A stretch of DNA of 63,946 nucleotides, filler included, from Stramenopiles sp. TOSAG23-6 (lineage: Eukaryota), in NCBI GenBank assembly GCA_900128565.1. It is 33 parts of 33 records of this genome, joined end to end, with 100 filler letters (N's around TTAATTAATTAA, not from the genome) between each part and the next. Parts side by side here need not be neighbours in the genome. Positions count along the whole stretch, not along the records: positions 24,807 to 26,166 come from LT639178.1; positions 26,267 to 27,626 come from LT639179.1; positions 27,727 to 29,085 come from LT639180.1; positions 29,186 to 30,544 come from LT639181.1; positions 30,645 to 32,001 come from LT639182.1; positions 32,102 to 33,458 come from LT639183.1; positions 33,559 to 34,914 come from LT639184.1; positions 35,015 to 36,370 come from LT639185.1; 25 more parts are not named here. One strand, 5' to 3'. Position 1 is the first letter of the stretch; every line of letters begins with the position of its first letter. The position numbers and the translations under genes were made by a program. A model generated the notes under the pieces. That model saw nothing but the letters and a program-made list of their open reading frames with translations, was not told the DNA's origin and did not search any database. Shown in pieces: positions 24,899 to 37,925 of the stretch.

Positions 24899-26166
24899 GT
24901 TCATTCATACTGTGAGAGCCAACCGATCGGTTTAATTCACCAGATCGCATAAGTGAATGAACTTCAGTTGAATTATGGACAAGAGTTTTTTTAAGTCCAG
25001 AAACACAATTTTTGCCATTTGCTGTTTTACGAATCTCCAAATTTTCAAATTTTTCACCTTTAGATCTGATTTTTAATAAATCATGGATTTGTTCATTATA
25101 AATTTCAAACATACTCATTTTAATAGTATATTTTATATCTGCTTCACGATTCGTCGATACCTCAAAAAGACGATCAATGTATTTTGGAAAAATATTTGAA
25201 AAAAAAATCGTTAGGTACAAATTTTCGTACGAAAAAATAAATTCGAAATTAAAAAAAAATAAAACATACATGGATCTATAATTTACACCAGGATCATCAG
25301 GAGGCCCTTGCATCGTATATGTTTTCCCTGATCCTGTTTGTCCATATGCAAAAATACAAACATTATGTATTTTGGAAAAATATTTCAAAATTTTCTAAAA
25401 AAAAAAATTCGTTAGGTACAAATTTTTTTTTTTCCGTAAAAAAAAAAAAAAAAATAAAACATACATAACCATCCATCACAGAAGTAATAAGTGGAGAAAC
25501 ATCCTCAAATACTTGTTTTTGTGAACTTTCTCCACTGAAAACACGATCAAACTCAAATCTTCGAACATCTTGAATAATATTCGTTTTATTCGTTTTTGTT
25601 TTATCAATATTTAAATGAACAGAAATATCATGAGGAGATGGAAAATATATACAATTTTTAGTAAATGTTGCATCATCGCGATTTTTTTCACTGTCTACAA
25701 TTGGACGAACTCTACAAAACACTCGAATGGATGTATTTTGGAAAAATATTTCAAAAAAAATCTTTAAAAATTTGTTAGGTACAAAATTTTTTTACCAAAA
25801 AAAAAAAAAAAAGATAAAAAATTGAAAAAAAAAAAACATACATCCTTGTAATTCAATCAATTTGTTATGTATTTTTCTTCTACGCATAGATTCGTCTGTA
25901 TAGAGTGAAACTGCATCGGTTACTTGTTTTTGCATTAACATTTTTGTTTCATTTACTGCTATTACTTGATTTCGTAAGCATTCTTCTGCTTTTTTAGACA
26001 CTGCAACGTCCAAAGCTTTTGCAGCCATAGATGTAGTATGAAAAATTTAAAATTAAAAAAAAATCGTTAGGTACGAAATTTCGTATGAAAAAAAAATTCG
26101 ATTTTTTTGTAAAAAAAAAAAATACAACATACATGTCATCTTGAAGAACCCAGAAAGCTTTCCACC
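24899..26166 (-). CDS. Kinesin-14 (C-terminal motor) fragment, five exons
   Basis: Spliced [42 protein letters not shown] and FEIYNEQIHDLL. Confidence 0.95.
25177..25269 (-). other. Family intron, GT...AT
   Basis: TCC AT|GTATGT...CCAAAATACAT|T GAT gives GVNYRSIDRLF; no AG in the 3' part of the intron. Confidence 0.9.
25365..25464 (-). other. Family intron, GT...AT
   Basis: GGT TAT|GTATGT...CCAAAATACAT|AAT GTT exactly restores the conserved [13 protein letters not shown]. Confidence 0.92.
25731..25841 (-). other. Family intron, GT...AT
   Basis: GGA T|GTATGT...CCAAAATACAT|CC ATT restores [14 protein letters not shown]. Confidence 0.9.
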
Positions 26167-26831
26167 NNNNNNNNNNNNNNNNNNNNNNNNNNNNNNNNNN
26201 NNNNNNNNNNTTAATTAATTAANNNNNNNNNNNNNNNNNNNNNNNNNNNNNNNNNNNNNNNNNNNNCAGAATTTTCTATGAAAAAAATGAAATTGAAAAA
26301 ATCAATGTAAAAAAAAAAAAAATGTTAGGTACAAAATTTACTATAAAAAAAGACATACATAAATAAACGCTCTTTTCCTATTGAGTAGCTACCAAACAAT
26401 ACCAAAGTATCTAAGTTGGTAGTACCTACACTAAATGCACGTAATTCTCGTAAAGTATCTGAAATAGCTATTCTTTGTGTCGGAAAGCAGTATGTATTTT
26501 GGAAAAATATTTCACAAAAAAAATCGTTAGGNNNNNNNNNNNNNNNNNNNNNNNNNNNNNNNNNNNNNNNNNNNNNNNNNNNNNNNNNNNNNNNNNNNNN
26601 NNNNNNNNNNNNNNNNNNNNNNNNNNNNNNNNNNNNNNNNNNNNNNNNNNNNNNNNNNNNNNNNNNNNNNNNNNNNNNNNNNNNNNNNNNNNNNNNNNNN
26701 NNNNNNNNNNNNNNNNNNNNNNNNNNNNNNNNNNNNNNNCAGAATTTTCTATGAAAAAAATGAAATTGAAAAAATCAATGTAAAAAAAAAAAAAATGTTA
26801 GGTACAAAATTTACTATAAAAAAAGACATAC

Positions 26832-27626
26832 ATAAATAAACGCTCTTTTCCTATTGAGTAGCTACCAAACAATACCAAAGTATCTAAGTTGGTAGTACCT
26901 ACACTAAATGCACGTAATTCTCGTAAAGTATCTGAAATAGCTATTCTTTGTGTCGGAAAGCAGTATGTATTTTGGAAAAATATTTCACAAAAAAAATCGT
27001 TAGGACGTATTTCATCACAATATCTAAAATCTCCTGTATGCAGAACGATACGACCATCATCAATACGAAACAATATGATGGCACTACCCGGACAATGATT
27101 TGCATCAATAAATAAAATTTCACATCGAGCACCAGGAATTCTGTGCCACGTATTCATTGATAAACGAATAAGATATTTTGGTGGTACTCTTAATTTTTTT
27201 TCTACCAAAGCCGCAGTTATAGCAGTACAATAAATACGCCCAGCATCAAATTTTGAGTCAAGACCTCCATAATGATCAGAATGAAAATGAGTGAGAATGT
27301 CTTGTGAAAAAATATTCCAAAATACAAATTATTTAGTATGAAAAAAAATAAACTTACAATTTGAAAAACGTAAATATGCAAAAAAAATCCTTAGGTACAA
27401 AATTTCGTAAGAAAAAAAAAATATAAATTCGAAATTGAAATAGAAAAACGTACAGATAAAAACGGCTCAATTTTGGGGATGAATAACGAAATGCATCAAC
27501 AACAAATGGAGTACCTGATATTTTCTTATAGAAAGGACATTTTTCAGGAGCAATTTTGGAAGACCAACTTGAAAAACTATTTCGACTATTTTTTATACTT
27601 TTTGATTGTTTTCTTTGAGTAGTACG
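26832..27626 (-). CDS. SNM1/PSO2-like DNA cross-link repair metallo-beta-lactamase nuclease fragment
   Basis: FVVDAFRY, LTHFHSDHYGGL, DANHCPGS, LHTGDFR, GSYSIGKERL; GT-AT intron 27297-27453; collapsed join near 27004. Confidence 0.9.
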
Positions 27627-27726
27627 NNNNNNNNNNNNNNNNNNNNNNNNNNNNNNNNNNNNNNNNNNNNTTAATTAATTAANNNNNNNNNNNNNNNNNN
27701 NNNNNNNNNNNNNNNNNNNNNNNNNN

Positions 27727-27858
27727 TGGTACAATAATGGGTATAGCTGTTGCAATTGCTCTAGTAATATTTTCAATATTTCATTTTTATTTAGTTCTTG
27801 CTGGAAAGACTACTATAGAGATTAGCTTTTATGAAGGAATACACTATTGGGATTTAGG
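27727..27858 (+). CDS. DHHC palmitoyltransferase 3' segment (continues 50292-50900)
   Basis: FHFYLVLAGKTTIE...YWDLG; the first 16 nt are identical to the end of the DHHC contig at 50885-50900. Confidence 0.85.
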
Positions 27859-27894
27859 GTAAAAGGTTAGGTTAGTAGTGTAGGGTTATTTCCT

Positions 27895-27991
27895 GGAACT
27901 TATGGTAAGTTCCAAATGCCAAATATTGCACTTGGAACTTACCATGGAACTTACGGTGAAATTTACGTAAGTTCCGAAGTCGGAACTTACG
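27895..27991. repeat. Cluster of alternating inverted GGAACTTAC/GTAAGTTCC units
   Basis: Six units at 27895, 27905, 27934, 27946, 27967 and 27982. Confidence 0.85.
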
Positions 27992-28709
27992 GGCGATGAA
28001 ACTTCACATCACTAAATAGGTGAGAAACCAAATCTGACATACTTGGATTTCGTGTTGATTTTTTTTGAAATCATAACAAAAATATCATATTTGCAAAGCT
28101 CTTTTATCTAAAGTAACAAAAATGAGAAGTACATTCTTATGCTTCTATGTCAAATATAAGTTCATATCATTAGGTACAATAATTATTACGAAATAAATAT
28201 AGGCCATTGGTGTAACCCTCAGCCTCCTATAGAAATGCGTTGTTTTTCCCACTGCTTTTTCGTGTAAGTTTTAGGGAGTCTTACTGGTGGAATCGACGCA
28301 TAAGGTGAACATATATATGAACTTAACCAATGAAATAAAATCAATAGTAAGACTCATTTATTTTTCTATTAGCATTATTCAGTTTCTTTTGAATTTTCAA
28401 TGAAAGCGTCTTTTGTTTTAATTCTTCTGTTTTAGCATTTTGTGTTTGTTGTAGTACATCGTCTGCTGTGAAGGCCCCACTACTAAAGAGTCAGTAAAAA
28501 TCAAATTATATCACTTTTTATAGTTTTTTTTGAATCCTAATATAACCACGGGTAATACTACTACTATTAGTAATACCCCGCTACGTTTGACATTGCATTA
28601 AAGGGGGCACTCAAAAGAACAAAAAATCACTCAAAAAAACAAAAAGCCTTTTTTTTCAGATTTTGTGAAAATATTGCAATATCGAAATATTGGATCACCA
28701 CCCTGGGTG

Positions 28710-29085
28710 CTAAATAGCCTCTGGGCGCAATTCCATTTTACTAGTCCCTGCTATTGCAACGGCTAGCCCCCATTTCCCGGCAAATTTTCGACCCTCCTTG
28801 AATTTCTTAGTCTTAGCATGAACTACTTTATCAAGTTTTTCAACTACTTCTGAAAGCTTTGCCTTTGTCTCTGACAATTTAGACGCATTTGTAATCGTAA
28901 CATTTGAGAAATTATCTTCAAGTTCAGACAATTTATTTGCAATCGTTAAAGATGAAGCTCGTTCATTGCTTAGCTGTGTTTCTAAATCACGAATTTGGGC
29001 CTCTGATATTTCCATGGCTTCAGCAGCAAGAGCAGTTGCACGTTTTAGAACTTCGGAATCAGCTGCATCTTTCGTGGTACCTAAA
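28710..29085 (-). CDS. Coiled-coil protein C-terminal fragment
   Basis: Open frame from the contig edge with heptad-like composition. Confidence 0.5.
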
Positions 29086-29283
29086 NNNNNNNNNNNNNNN
29101 NNNNNNNNNNNNNNNNNNNNNNNNNNNNNTTAATTAATTAANNNNNNNNNNNNNNNNNNNNNNNNNNNNNNNNNNNNNNNNNNNNTTTTTTTTTTTTTTT
29201 TTTTTTTTTTAAATCGTTAGGTACAAAATTTCGTATGAAAAAAAAATTACTAAAAAAAAAAAATTAATAATGAAAAACCTATA

Positions 29284-30149
29284 TAGGATAGAGTTGCACA
29301 CAATACCCATTGCGCGTGCCCACGAAATACTGCTATTTCTTCACCAGTAGTAACATCCCACAACCGAGCGGTATTATCATTTGATGCTGAACAAATTAGA
29401 GTCCCATCAAATTGTATAAAAAAATATTTAAAAAAAAAATTGAAATTTGTTAGGTACAAAATTACCTACGAAATATTTTTTTTAAGCTAGGGTTAGGGCT
29501 TGTACTGTTTGAATTTTAAAAGTGATTGTTGAAAAAATACTTGACTGAAACAGCAAGAATTGATTGGTTTTGAATGTCCTCTTAAAACACGAGTTGACAT
29601 CCCTCCAGATGATTGCATTTTCCCTGTTTTAGGTCTCTTTGATTTTCTTGAATGTTTTAGTCTTGCCAAATATGACATTTTGGAATCTCGATTAGATGGG
29701 GGGGTTTTCATGTCAGTTGTTTGAGAAGATATTCTTTTCATTTCTGTTGATGTTGTAATACACGATTTCTCTTTTTTTGTTTCCTTTTCATCCTCTTTAT
29801 CTTTATCGTTTACTTTATGTAATTTACATATACGTTCTCGGGACGGAAGCTTCCATAAACGAAGTGTCGCGTCTGCACTAGCAGAGACACAGAGTCCATT
29901 GATCGAAATGTCACAATCAAGAACTTTTCCTTCGTGCCCTTGTAGTTCAAGTTTAGGAATTCCAAGTTTTTGTAAAGTTTCTAGTTGTGCTTTGGCTACA
30001 GCTACAGCTTTCTTCCGGATTGCGATTTCTCGTTTTGCTTGGATGACTGCGGCGGATTGCTTTTTAGGGGGTGGAGTATAGTTAATATCTCCAAAATATT
30101 TTGCTTGTTCCGCTTTACTAAGAAAACGCTGTGCGTTTCTATGTGACAT
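29284..30149 (-). CDS. WD40-repeat protein, 5' part
   Basis: GHEGKVLDC...[11 protein letters not shown] and [31 protein letters not shown]. Confidence 0.85.
29409..29540 (-). other. Family intron, probably GT...TT
   Basis: AGT CAA|GTATTT...TTTTATACAATTT|GAT GGG restores the WD40 consensus FSxDG. Confidence 0.6.
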
Positions 30150-30644
30150 TGTACTATTGTCTTGGTGTACTTTTACTTTTAGTTGTTCATATTATACAGT
30201 AGTGTGTAATTGTGTACGACGACAATAGTGATTTGAGATTCTTTTTCAATAATTCAATGAATAATATTATATTCAATGAATAATATTATTGAAGTACAAA
30301 TTTTAAGATTGGCGATTTCTTTTATTGAAAGAGATTGAAAGGATTGAAAGTTGAAACAAATCAAATCAAATCGAAATCAAATCACAAATAAATCGGAAAT
30401 CGCCGACATCAAAAAAAATACTTAATATTTTTTATTTCTTTTTTGTACACAATATTCTTTCATAAAAAGCTTTTTATTTGATTTTTCTATTTTTTATTAT
30501 GTATCGACAACCTCCATAGCGTACATTCATTTATTTTGTCCCTANNNNNNNNNNNNNNNNNNNNNNNNNNNNNNNNNNNNNNNNNNNNTTAATTAATTAA
30601 NNNNNNNNNNNNNNNNNNNNNNNNNNNNNNNNNNNNNNNNNNNN

Positions 30645-32001
30645 ACCATGCTTTTCAGGTGGACTTGGATGGAGCAGTGGCTGTATACCAGCGGATCGAT
30701 GCCCTGGGTTTCAGGTCGCGCCTGCGTTACTCTCAGTATAGGATGTTGGAAGCGTCCGTGCGCGGCAAAGAGTCGGGCGAAACTTTGTGCCGGGCTTTGC
30801 AATTGGTTGCCGTTGACCCTGGCATTTACAACTACACCCTGTCGCGTGCAGAGGAAAAGAGCCTCCCCAAGCGCGCCTGCATACCCGATATGATTTGTCA
30901 AATGATGAGTTTGATCTTCGATGGACAGGGTCACTGGATCGCAGCTGCCCGAGACGTCTTCACGACATGGCCTGCAAAGTACCTGTCTCCACTCGTCCAA
31001 CTCCTTCAGAAAATCATCACTCGTGAGATCATGCAAGAGGCCTCGAGGAAGCCCCAGTGTAGCGTCATCTGCAAAGGCGCTGTGAAAGCTCTGGACTTGC
31101 TGTGGAGGGCCAACTGCGCCTGTACTGATGTGCGCCACGCACTGAATGAAGAAGAGTTTTACAACGAAGGAGTGAATGCAGTGGTGGACATGAGAGCCCA
31201 AGCGCCGCTCTGTTCCTGCTGTCCGCGTGAATCCAACACGTTTGACTTTTGCGCCTACCCGTTTCTCTTGGACGCCGCCTCGAAGGCGAAGATTCTCAGC
31301 ACAGTCACCCGCCACCACAAGGTACTTGCGGCGGAAAGAAGGCTTATCGAGCAATACCGACGCGGACGGCGTAACGATGGTGGGTCATCTCGTATGTTGG
31401 CAATTGGCTCCACTCACCCGTACATTTATGTAATTAATGTACGACGCGGTCACGTTGCAGAAGATGTGATGAGCATGCTCAGAAAAGCCAAATCGAAAAA
31501 GCAGCGCCGTGTATTTGCAAAAGAACTCGTGGTCAAGTTTCGGGGCGAAGATGCGGTCGATCAGGGGGGACCGGCGAAAGAGTTCTTCCAGCTGCTGATG
31601 CGTGAGCTTCTCAGCCCTGAATTTGGGCTGTTTCGGTACGAACAGGATGATGATCGTCACTGGTTTTGTGCCAGTGACCCCCGAAACACGCAAATTCAGG
31701 GGCATTACAGGGCAGCAGGCGCCGCCTTTGGCCTCGCTGTGTACAACGGTGTCCTCGTTGACGCCCGTTTTCCTCGAACCTTGTACGAGCAGCTCATCTC
31801 ATCAAGCAAACTGCCGTCTCAGGGCATTGATCAACTGGAGAAGGGCTTCCCATCGCTTGCACGTGGGTTGCGCAGGCTGCTTGACCTCGACGATGCTTCA
31901 ATCAGAGCTCTGGAGCTGACGTTTGAGGCCTCTGCGCCGGCCGCACCGGCCGGGGAAATGCGCTCCTTTGAGCTGGTTGAGGGGGGGAGCGGACAAGCCA
32001 G
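30645..32001 (+). CDS. HECT E3 ubiquitin ligase (HERC-like) fragment, GC-rich contig
   Basis: FCAYPFLLDAASKAKIL and LVVKFRGEDAVDQGGPAKEFFQLL, GLAVYNGVLVDARFP. Confidence 0.9.
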
Positions 32002-32101
32002 NNNNNNNNNNNNNNNNNNNNNNNNNNNNNNNNNNNNNNNNNNNNTTAATTAATTAANNNNNNNNNNNNNNNNNNNNNNNNNNNNNNNNNNNNNNNNNNN
32101 N

Positions 32102-33458
32102 CTGCAGCAGCTTTCTCGTTGTATGATTANAATGGTGATGGTGTCATNTCTNTNGACGAAATGACACGATATTTGACCTCCGTATTTAGAGTAATGTACG
32201 AAGCTCAGCCTGGAACTTTGGAACGTATGGGTGGAGTAGATGCAGACGAACTTGCTGACGCTACGGCACGTCAGGCATTTGCTGAAGCTGACGTTGATGA
32301 AGATGGTATGTTAACCTTTGAAGAGTTCCAAGACTGGTATTCACAGCCAACTGACAACTCATCTGGTGCATTGACTGCTGCTACTACTGCAGCTCCAGGA
32401 TGGGTATCTCTTGGCGAAGTTCGTCGTTTGACAAACTTGGGAGCATTTCGCGTCGATGAAGTACTTGAACTATTTGCTAACGCAACTGATGATGAAGGAT
32501 ACGTATCAACTGATGACTTTGCTGATTGCTTTGAAGCTCTCGTAGGCTCTGGTCCTGAACAAAGTTATGATGACCAAGAAAAGACACGACTTGTTCTCAG
32601 CCGTTTGTACGACTTGTTTGATACAAATGGTGATGGTGTAGTTGACTTTACGGAGCTTGCTACTGGTTTAACTGTCCTTTGTGGTGGTACTCGTGATCAG
32701 AAAGCTGCAGCAGCTTTCTCGTTGTATGATTACAATGGTGATGGTGTCATCTCTCTTGACGAAATGACACGATATTTGACCTCCGTATTNAAAGTNATGT
32801 ATGAAACTCAACCAGGTACATTAGAACGTATGGGTGGAGTCAGTCCAGAAGACCTCGCAGATGTTACAGCGCGACATGCATTTGCTGAAGCTGATGTTGA
32901 TGAAGATGGTATGTTAACCTTTGAAGAATTTCAAGAATGGTACGAAACACCGACGGATAATTCATCAGCAATGGATCAAGATGAATTATTATCTTCTGGG
33001 GAAGGTTGGGGATCTCTTGGCGAAGTTCGTCGTTTGACAAACTTGGGAGCATTTAGTGTCGATGAAGTACTTGAACTATTTGCTAATGCCACTGATGATG
33101 AAGGATACGTATCGACAGAAAACTTTGCAGATTGTTTTGAACTTCTCGTAGATGCTGGTCCTGATCAAACTTATGAAGACCAGGAGAAGACGCGGATGGT
33201 TTTGGGTCAATTGTATGGGTTGTTTGATACTAATGGTGATGGTGTAGTTGACTTTACTGAACTTGCTACTGGTTTGACTGTCCTTTGTGGTGGCACTCGT
33301 GATGAAAAGGCTGCAGCTGCTTTCTCGTTGTATGATTACAATGGTGATGGTGTCATCTCTCTTGACGAAATGACACGATATTTGACCTCCGTATTNAAAG
33401 TNATGTATGAAACTCAACCAGGTACATTAGAACGTATGGGTGGAGTCAGTCCAGAAGA
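32102..33458 (+). CDS. Tandem recoverin/calcineurin-B-like EF-hand repeat protein fragment
   Basis: Repeated DTNGDGVVDFTEL, DYNGDGVISLDEM and DVDEDGMLTFEEF in units of about 200 aa. Confidence 0.9.
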
Positions 33459-33963
33459 NNNNNNNNNNNNNNNNNNNNNNNNNNNNNNNNNNNNNNNNNN
33501 NNTTAATTAATTAANNNNNNNNNNNNNNNNNNNNNNNNNNNNNNNNNNNNNNNNNNNNAAAACTATATAAAGCAGTGAAACTAAAACTATATAAAGCAGT
33601 GAAACTAAAACTACGCGTATAAGAAATTTCTCTATTTATGGTGCATTCATACGACACTGTTGCTAAAACCTCTTTGATTCAATATTTTAGAACCAATCTA
33701 CTCAAATCACAAAATATACCTAGAAGAATGGTAATGTTTTATATATTTTGGCTCTATGGCTATTTTGGGGGTACTCTCTACACAGTATACAGCTAGGAAC
33801 TAGCTTGAAACAATAAGACGGATGTTTCTGTCATGACTTGATTGATAAAGACCGCGTGAGTCCGTGACACGTGTCACAAAAAAGTCAGCAAAAAAATAAA
33901 AGAAATTCCAAAAGTTACACACAAAGTCAAAGTGGGTACGTATATAAATAATTAGACAAGAAA

Positions 33964-34914
33964 ATGTCTGTATTTGGGACACAATGCTTTATTAATCCTA
34001 TACGAAAACAAATGCATTCTAATAAAAAACCATGGCTGGCATTTCAGCGTATATTTCGTCGATTTCAGAGTACATCACCGTTAAAGTTACAAGTAAGACA
34101 TACAAGGAACAAAACTGAGAAAAATGCAATAAACAAACATTTTTTTAAAGTAGCTCTAGTAGGACGTCCTAACGTTGGGAAATCAACTCTATATAACCGT
34201 CTAGTTGGTGGTAGACCAGCGATTTGTCACCGAGAACCAGGTACGACTCGAGACCGGCAAGAAGGAACTGCTTGGCTTGCAGGTCTTCAATTTACAGTCG
34301 TAGACACAGGAGGACTCGAAGAAGGTGGTGAGGAAACCATGGAAGGCAAAATTACTCGGGCAACTGAGTTAGCTATTGAAGAATGCGATGTCGCCATTTT
34401 AATGCTTGATGCTCGTGCTGGTGTAACTTCATTAGATGAACATTTTGTTCGATGGATTCGTAAACGATCGGATAAAACGCCAATGCATATGGTCCTAAAT
34501 AAAACTGAAGGTTTTTTCGATCGGGTACAAGAATATGAAGACGGTTGGATCGAACCTGAAGATTCTCGTTGGTTACAACTGAATTCTGATATTCAACGTC
34601 TTGGATTCTCTAATCCAGTGGCTATATCTGCAGAGCATGGTACTGGAATGGTGGATTTGTGGCATTTATTATACCCTCATTCTAAAATTACGTCTGAAAT
34701 GGTGAAAAGTGATGAAAAGTTTGATTTATCCTCTTCAAGTATTGAAATCAGTAATAATTTGAATAATTTAAATATGAATGTAACACTTAACGATCAAGAT
34801 GACGAATTACACGATGACTACAATTTTGAGGAATTTGAATCTCAAAATAAAAACAATGCCAATTTTGAGGAATTTGAATCTCAAAATAAAAACAATGCCA
34901 ATTTTGAGGAATTT
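33964..34914 (+). CDS. der: Organellar Der/EngA GTPase, first G domain
   Basis: VALVGRPNVGKSTLYNRL, PGTTRDRQ, DTGGL, NKTE, ISAEHGTG; basic N-terminal extension. Confidence 0.9.
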
Positions 34915-35066
34915 NNNNNNNNNNNNNNNNNNNNNNNNNNNNNNNNNNNNNNNNNNNNTTAATTAATTAANNNNNNNNNNNNNNNNNNNNNNNNNNNNNN
35001 NNNNNNNNNNNNNNAAAAAAAAAAAAAAAAAAAAAAAATTAAAAATTAAAAAAAAAAACAACATAC

Positions 35067-36241
<1,175 letters not shown>

Positions 36242-36470
36242 ATGAAGTATGAAAAAATATTTCAAAAAAAAAAAAAAAAAAAAATCGAAATTTTTTAAGA
36301 ATTTTTTGTTAGGTACGAAATTTCCTACAAAAAAAAGTTGTTGCAAAGGAATTGAAGATTGTTGCAACAGNNNNNNNNNNNNNNNNNNNNNNNNNNNNNN
36401 NNNNNNNNNNNNNNTTAATTAATTAANNNNNNNNNNNNNNNNNNNNNNNNNNNNNNNNNNNNNNNNNNNN

Positions 36471-37825
36471 GTTAGTGGAGATTTAAGTGTAACAACAGGA
36501 ACAACATCAGAAGGTAGTAGTGGATATGTTGTTCTTCGCACAGGTAGTGCCACTCTTGGTACAGGTGGAAGTATAAGTATTGTTATTGGAAGTGGGAAAA
36601 CTGGCACTGGAGGTCGTGTTGTTATGTCAGCAGGAGAGAGTACAATTCTAACTGGTGGTGCTATTTCAGTTGTATCGGGATATGGTAGTGAATCTTCTAG
36701 CGGTTCATTCAGCATTCACACTTCAAGAAGTGGAACTAATGGTGTGTCTGGAGAAATATCTTTAGTATCAGGAAGCGTAACTACAGGAGGTAGTAGTGGA
36801 TCTGTAACTCTCCGAACTGGTTCGGCAATATCAGGCACAGGTGGAAGTATTAGTCTCGTTGTTGGAAGTGGTAATACATCAGTCGGAGGACGTATTGTTA
36901 TTAGTTCTGGTGAAAGCACGAGCACAACAGGTGGTGCAATATCGATTATTTCTGGATATGGCTCATCATCATCATCTGGTAACTTTTCAATAAAAACATC
37001 AAATGGAGGTGAGTCAGGAGTTAGTGGCGATTTGAGTTTAACAAGTGGAACAACATCAGAAGGTAGCAGTGGATCCGTTGTTCTTCGCACAGGTAGTGCC
37101 ACTTTTGGTACAGGTGGAAGTATAAGTATTGTTATTGGAAGTGGGAAAACTGATACAGGAGGTCGTGTTGTTTTGTCAGCAGGAGAAAGTACAATTCTAA
37201 CAGGTGGTGCCATTTCATTTGTATCTGGATATGGTAATGAATCTTCTAGCGGTTCATTCAGCATTCGCACTTCGAGAAGTGGAACTAATGGTGTATCTGG
37301 AGAAATATCTTTTGTATCAGGAAAAGTAACTACAGGGGGTAGTAGTGGATCTATAACTCTCCGAACTGGTTCGGCAATATCAGGCGCAGGTGGAAGTATT
37401 AGTTTCGCTGTTGGAACTGGTAATACATCAGTCGGAGGACGTATTGCTATTAGTTCTGGTGAAAGCACGAGCACAACAGGTGGTGCGATATCGATTATTT
37501 CTGGTTATGGCTCATCATCATCATCTGGCAACTTTTCAATAAGAACATCAAATGGAGGTGAGTCCGGAGTTAGTGGCGATTTGAGTCTAACAAGTGGAAC
37601 AACATCAGAAGGTAGCAGTGGATCCGTTGTTCTTCGCACAGGTAGTGCCACTTTTGGTACAGGTGGAAGTATAAGTATTGTTATTGGAAGTGGGAAAACT
37701 GATACAGGAGGTCGTGTTGTTTTGTCAGCAGGAGAAAGTACAATTCTAACAGGTGGTGCCATTTCATTTGTATCTGGATATGGTAATGAATCTTCTAGCG
37801 GTTCATTCAGCATTCGCACTTCGAG
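36471..37825 (+). CDS. Ser/Gly/Thr-rich tandem-repeat protein fragment
   Basis: Open frame across the contig; 549-nt unit starting at 36471, 37020 and 37569. Confidence 0.85.
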
Positions 37826-37925
37826 NNNNNNNNNNNNNNNNNNNNNNNNNNNNNNNNNNNNNNNNNNNNTTAATTAATTAANNNNNNNNNNNNNNNNNNN
37901 NNNNNNNNNNNNNNNNNNNNNNNNN

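Noticed and set aside
25177-25269. Ciliate-like DNA-eliminated sequences instead of introns
   Set aside because: Elements are oriented with the host transcript, carry U1-type donors and a branch-like CTAAC, and have GT-AG siblings; RNA splicing is more parsimonious, though not proven
25365-25464. U12-type AT-AC minor introns
   Set aside because: The slide is formally possible, but there is no ATATCCTT donor or TCCTTAAC branch, and several introns lack the upstream AT or terminal AC
26277-26531. Partial tandem duplication of SNM1
   Set aside because: Identical sequence on both sides of an N gap indicates a scaffolding artefact
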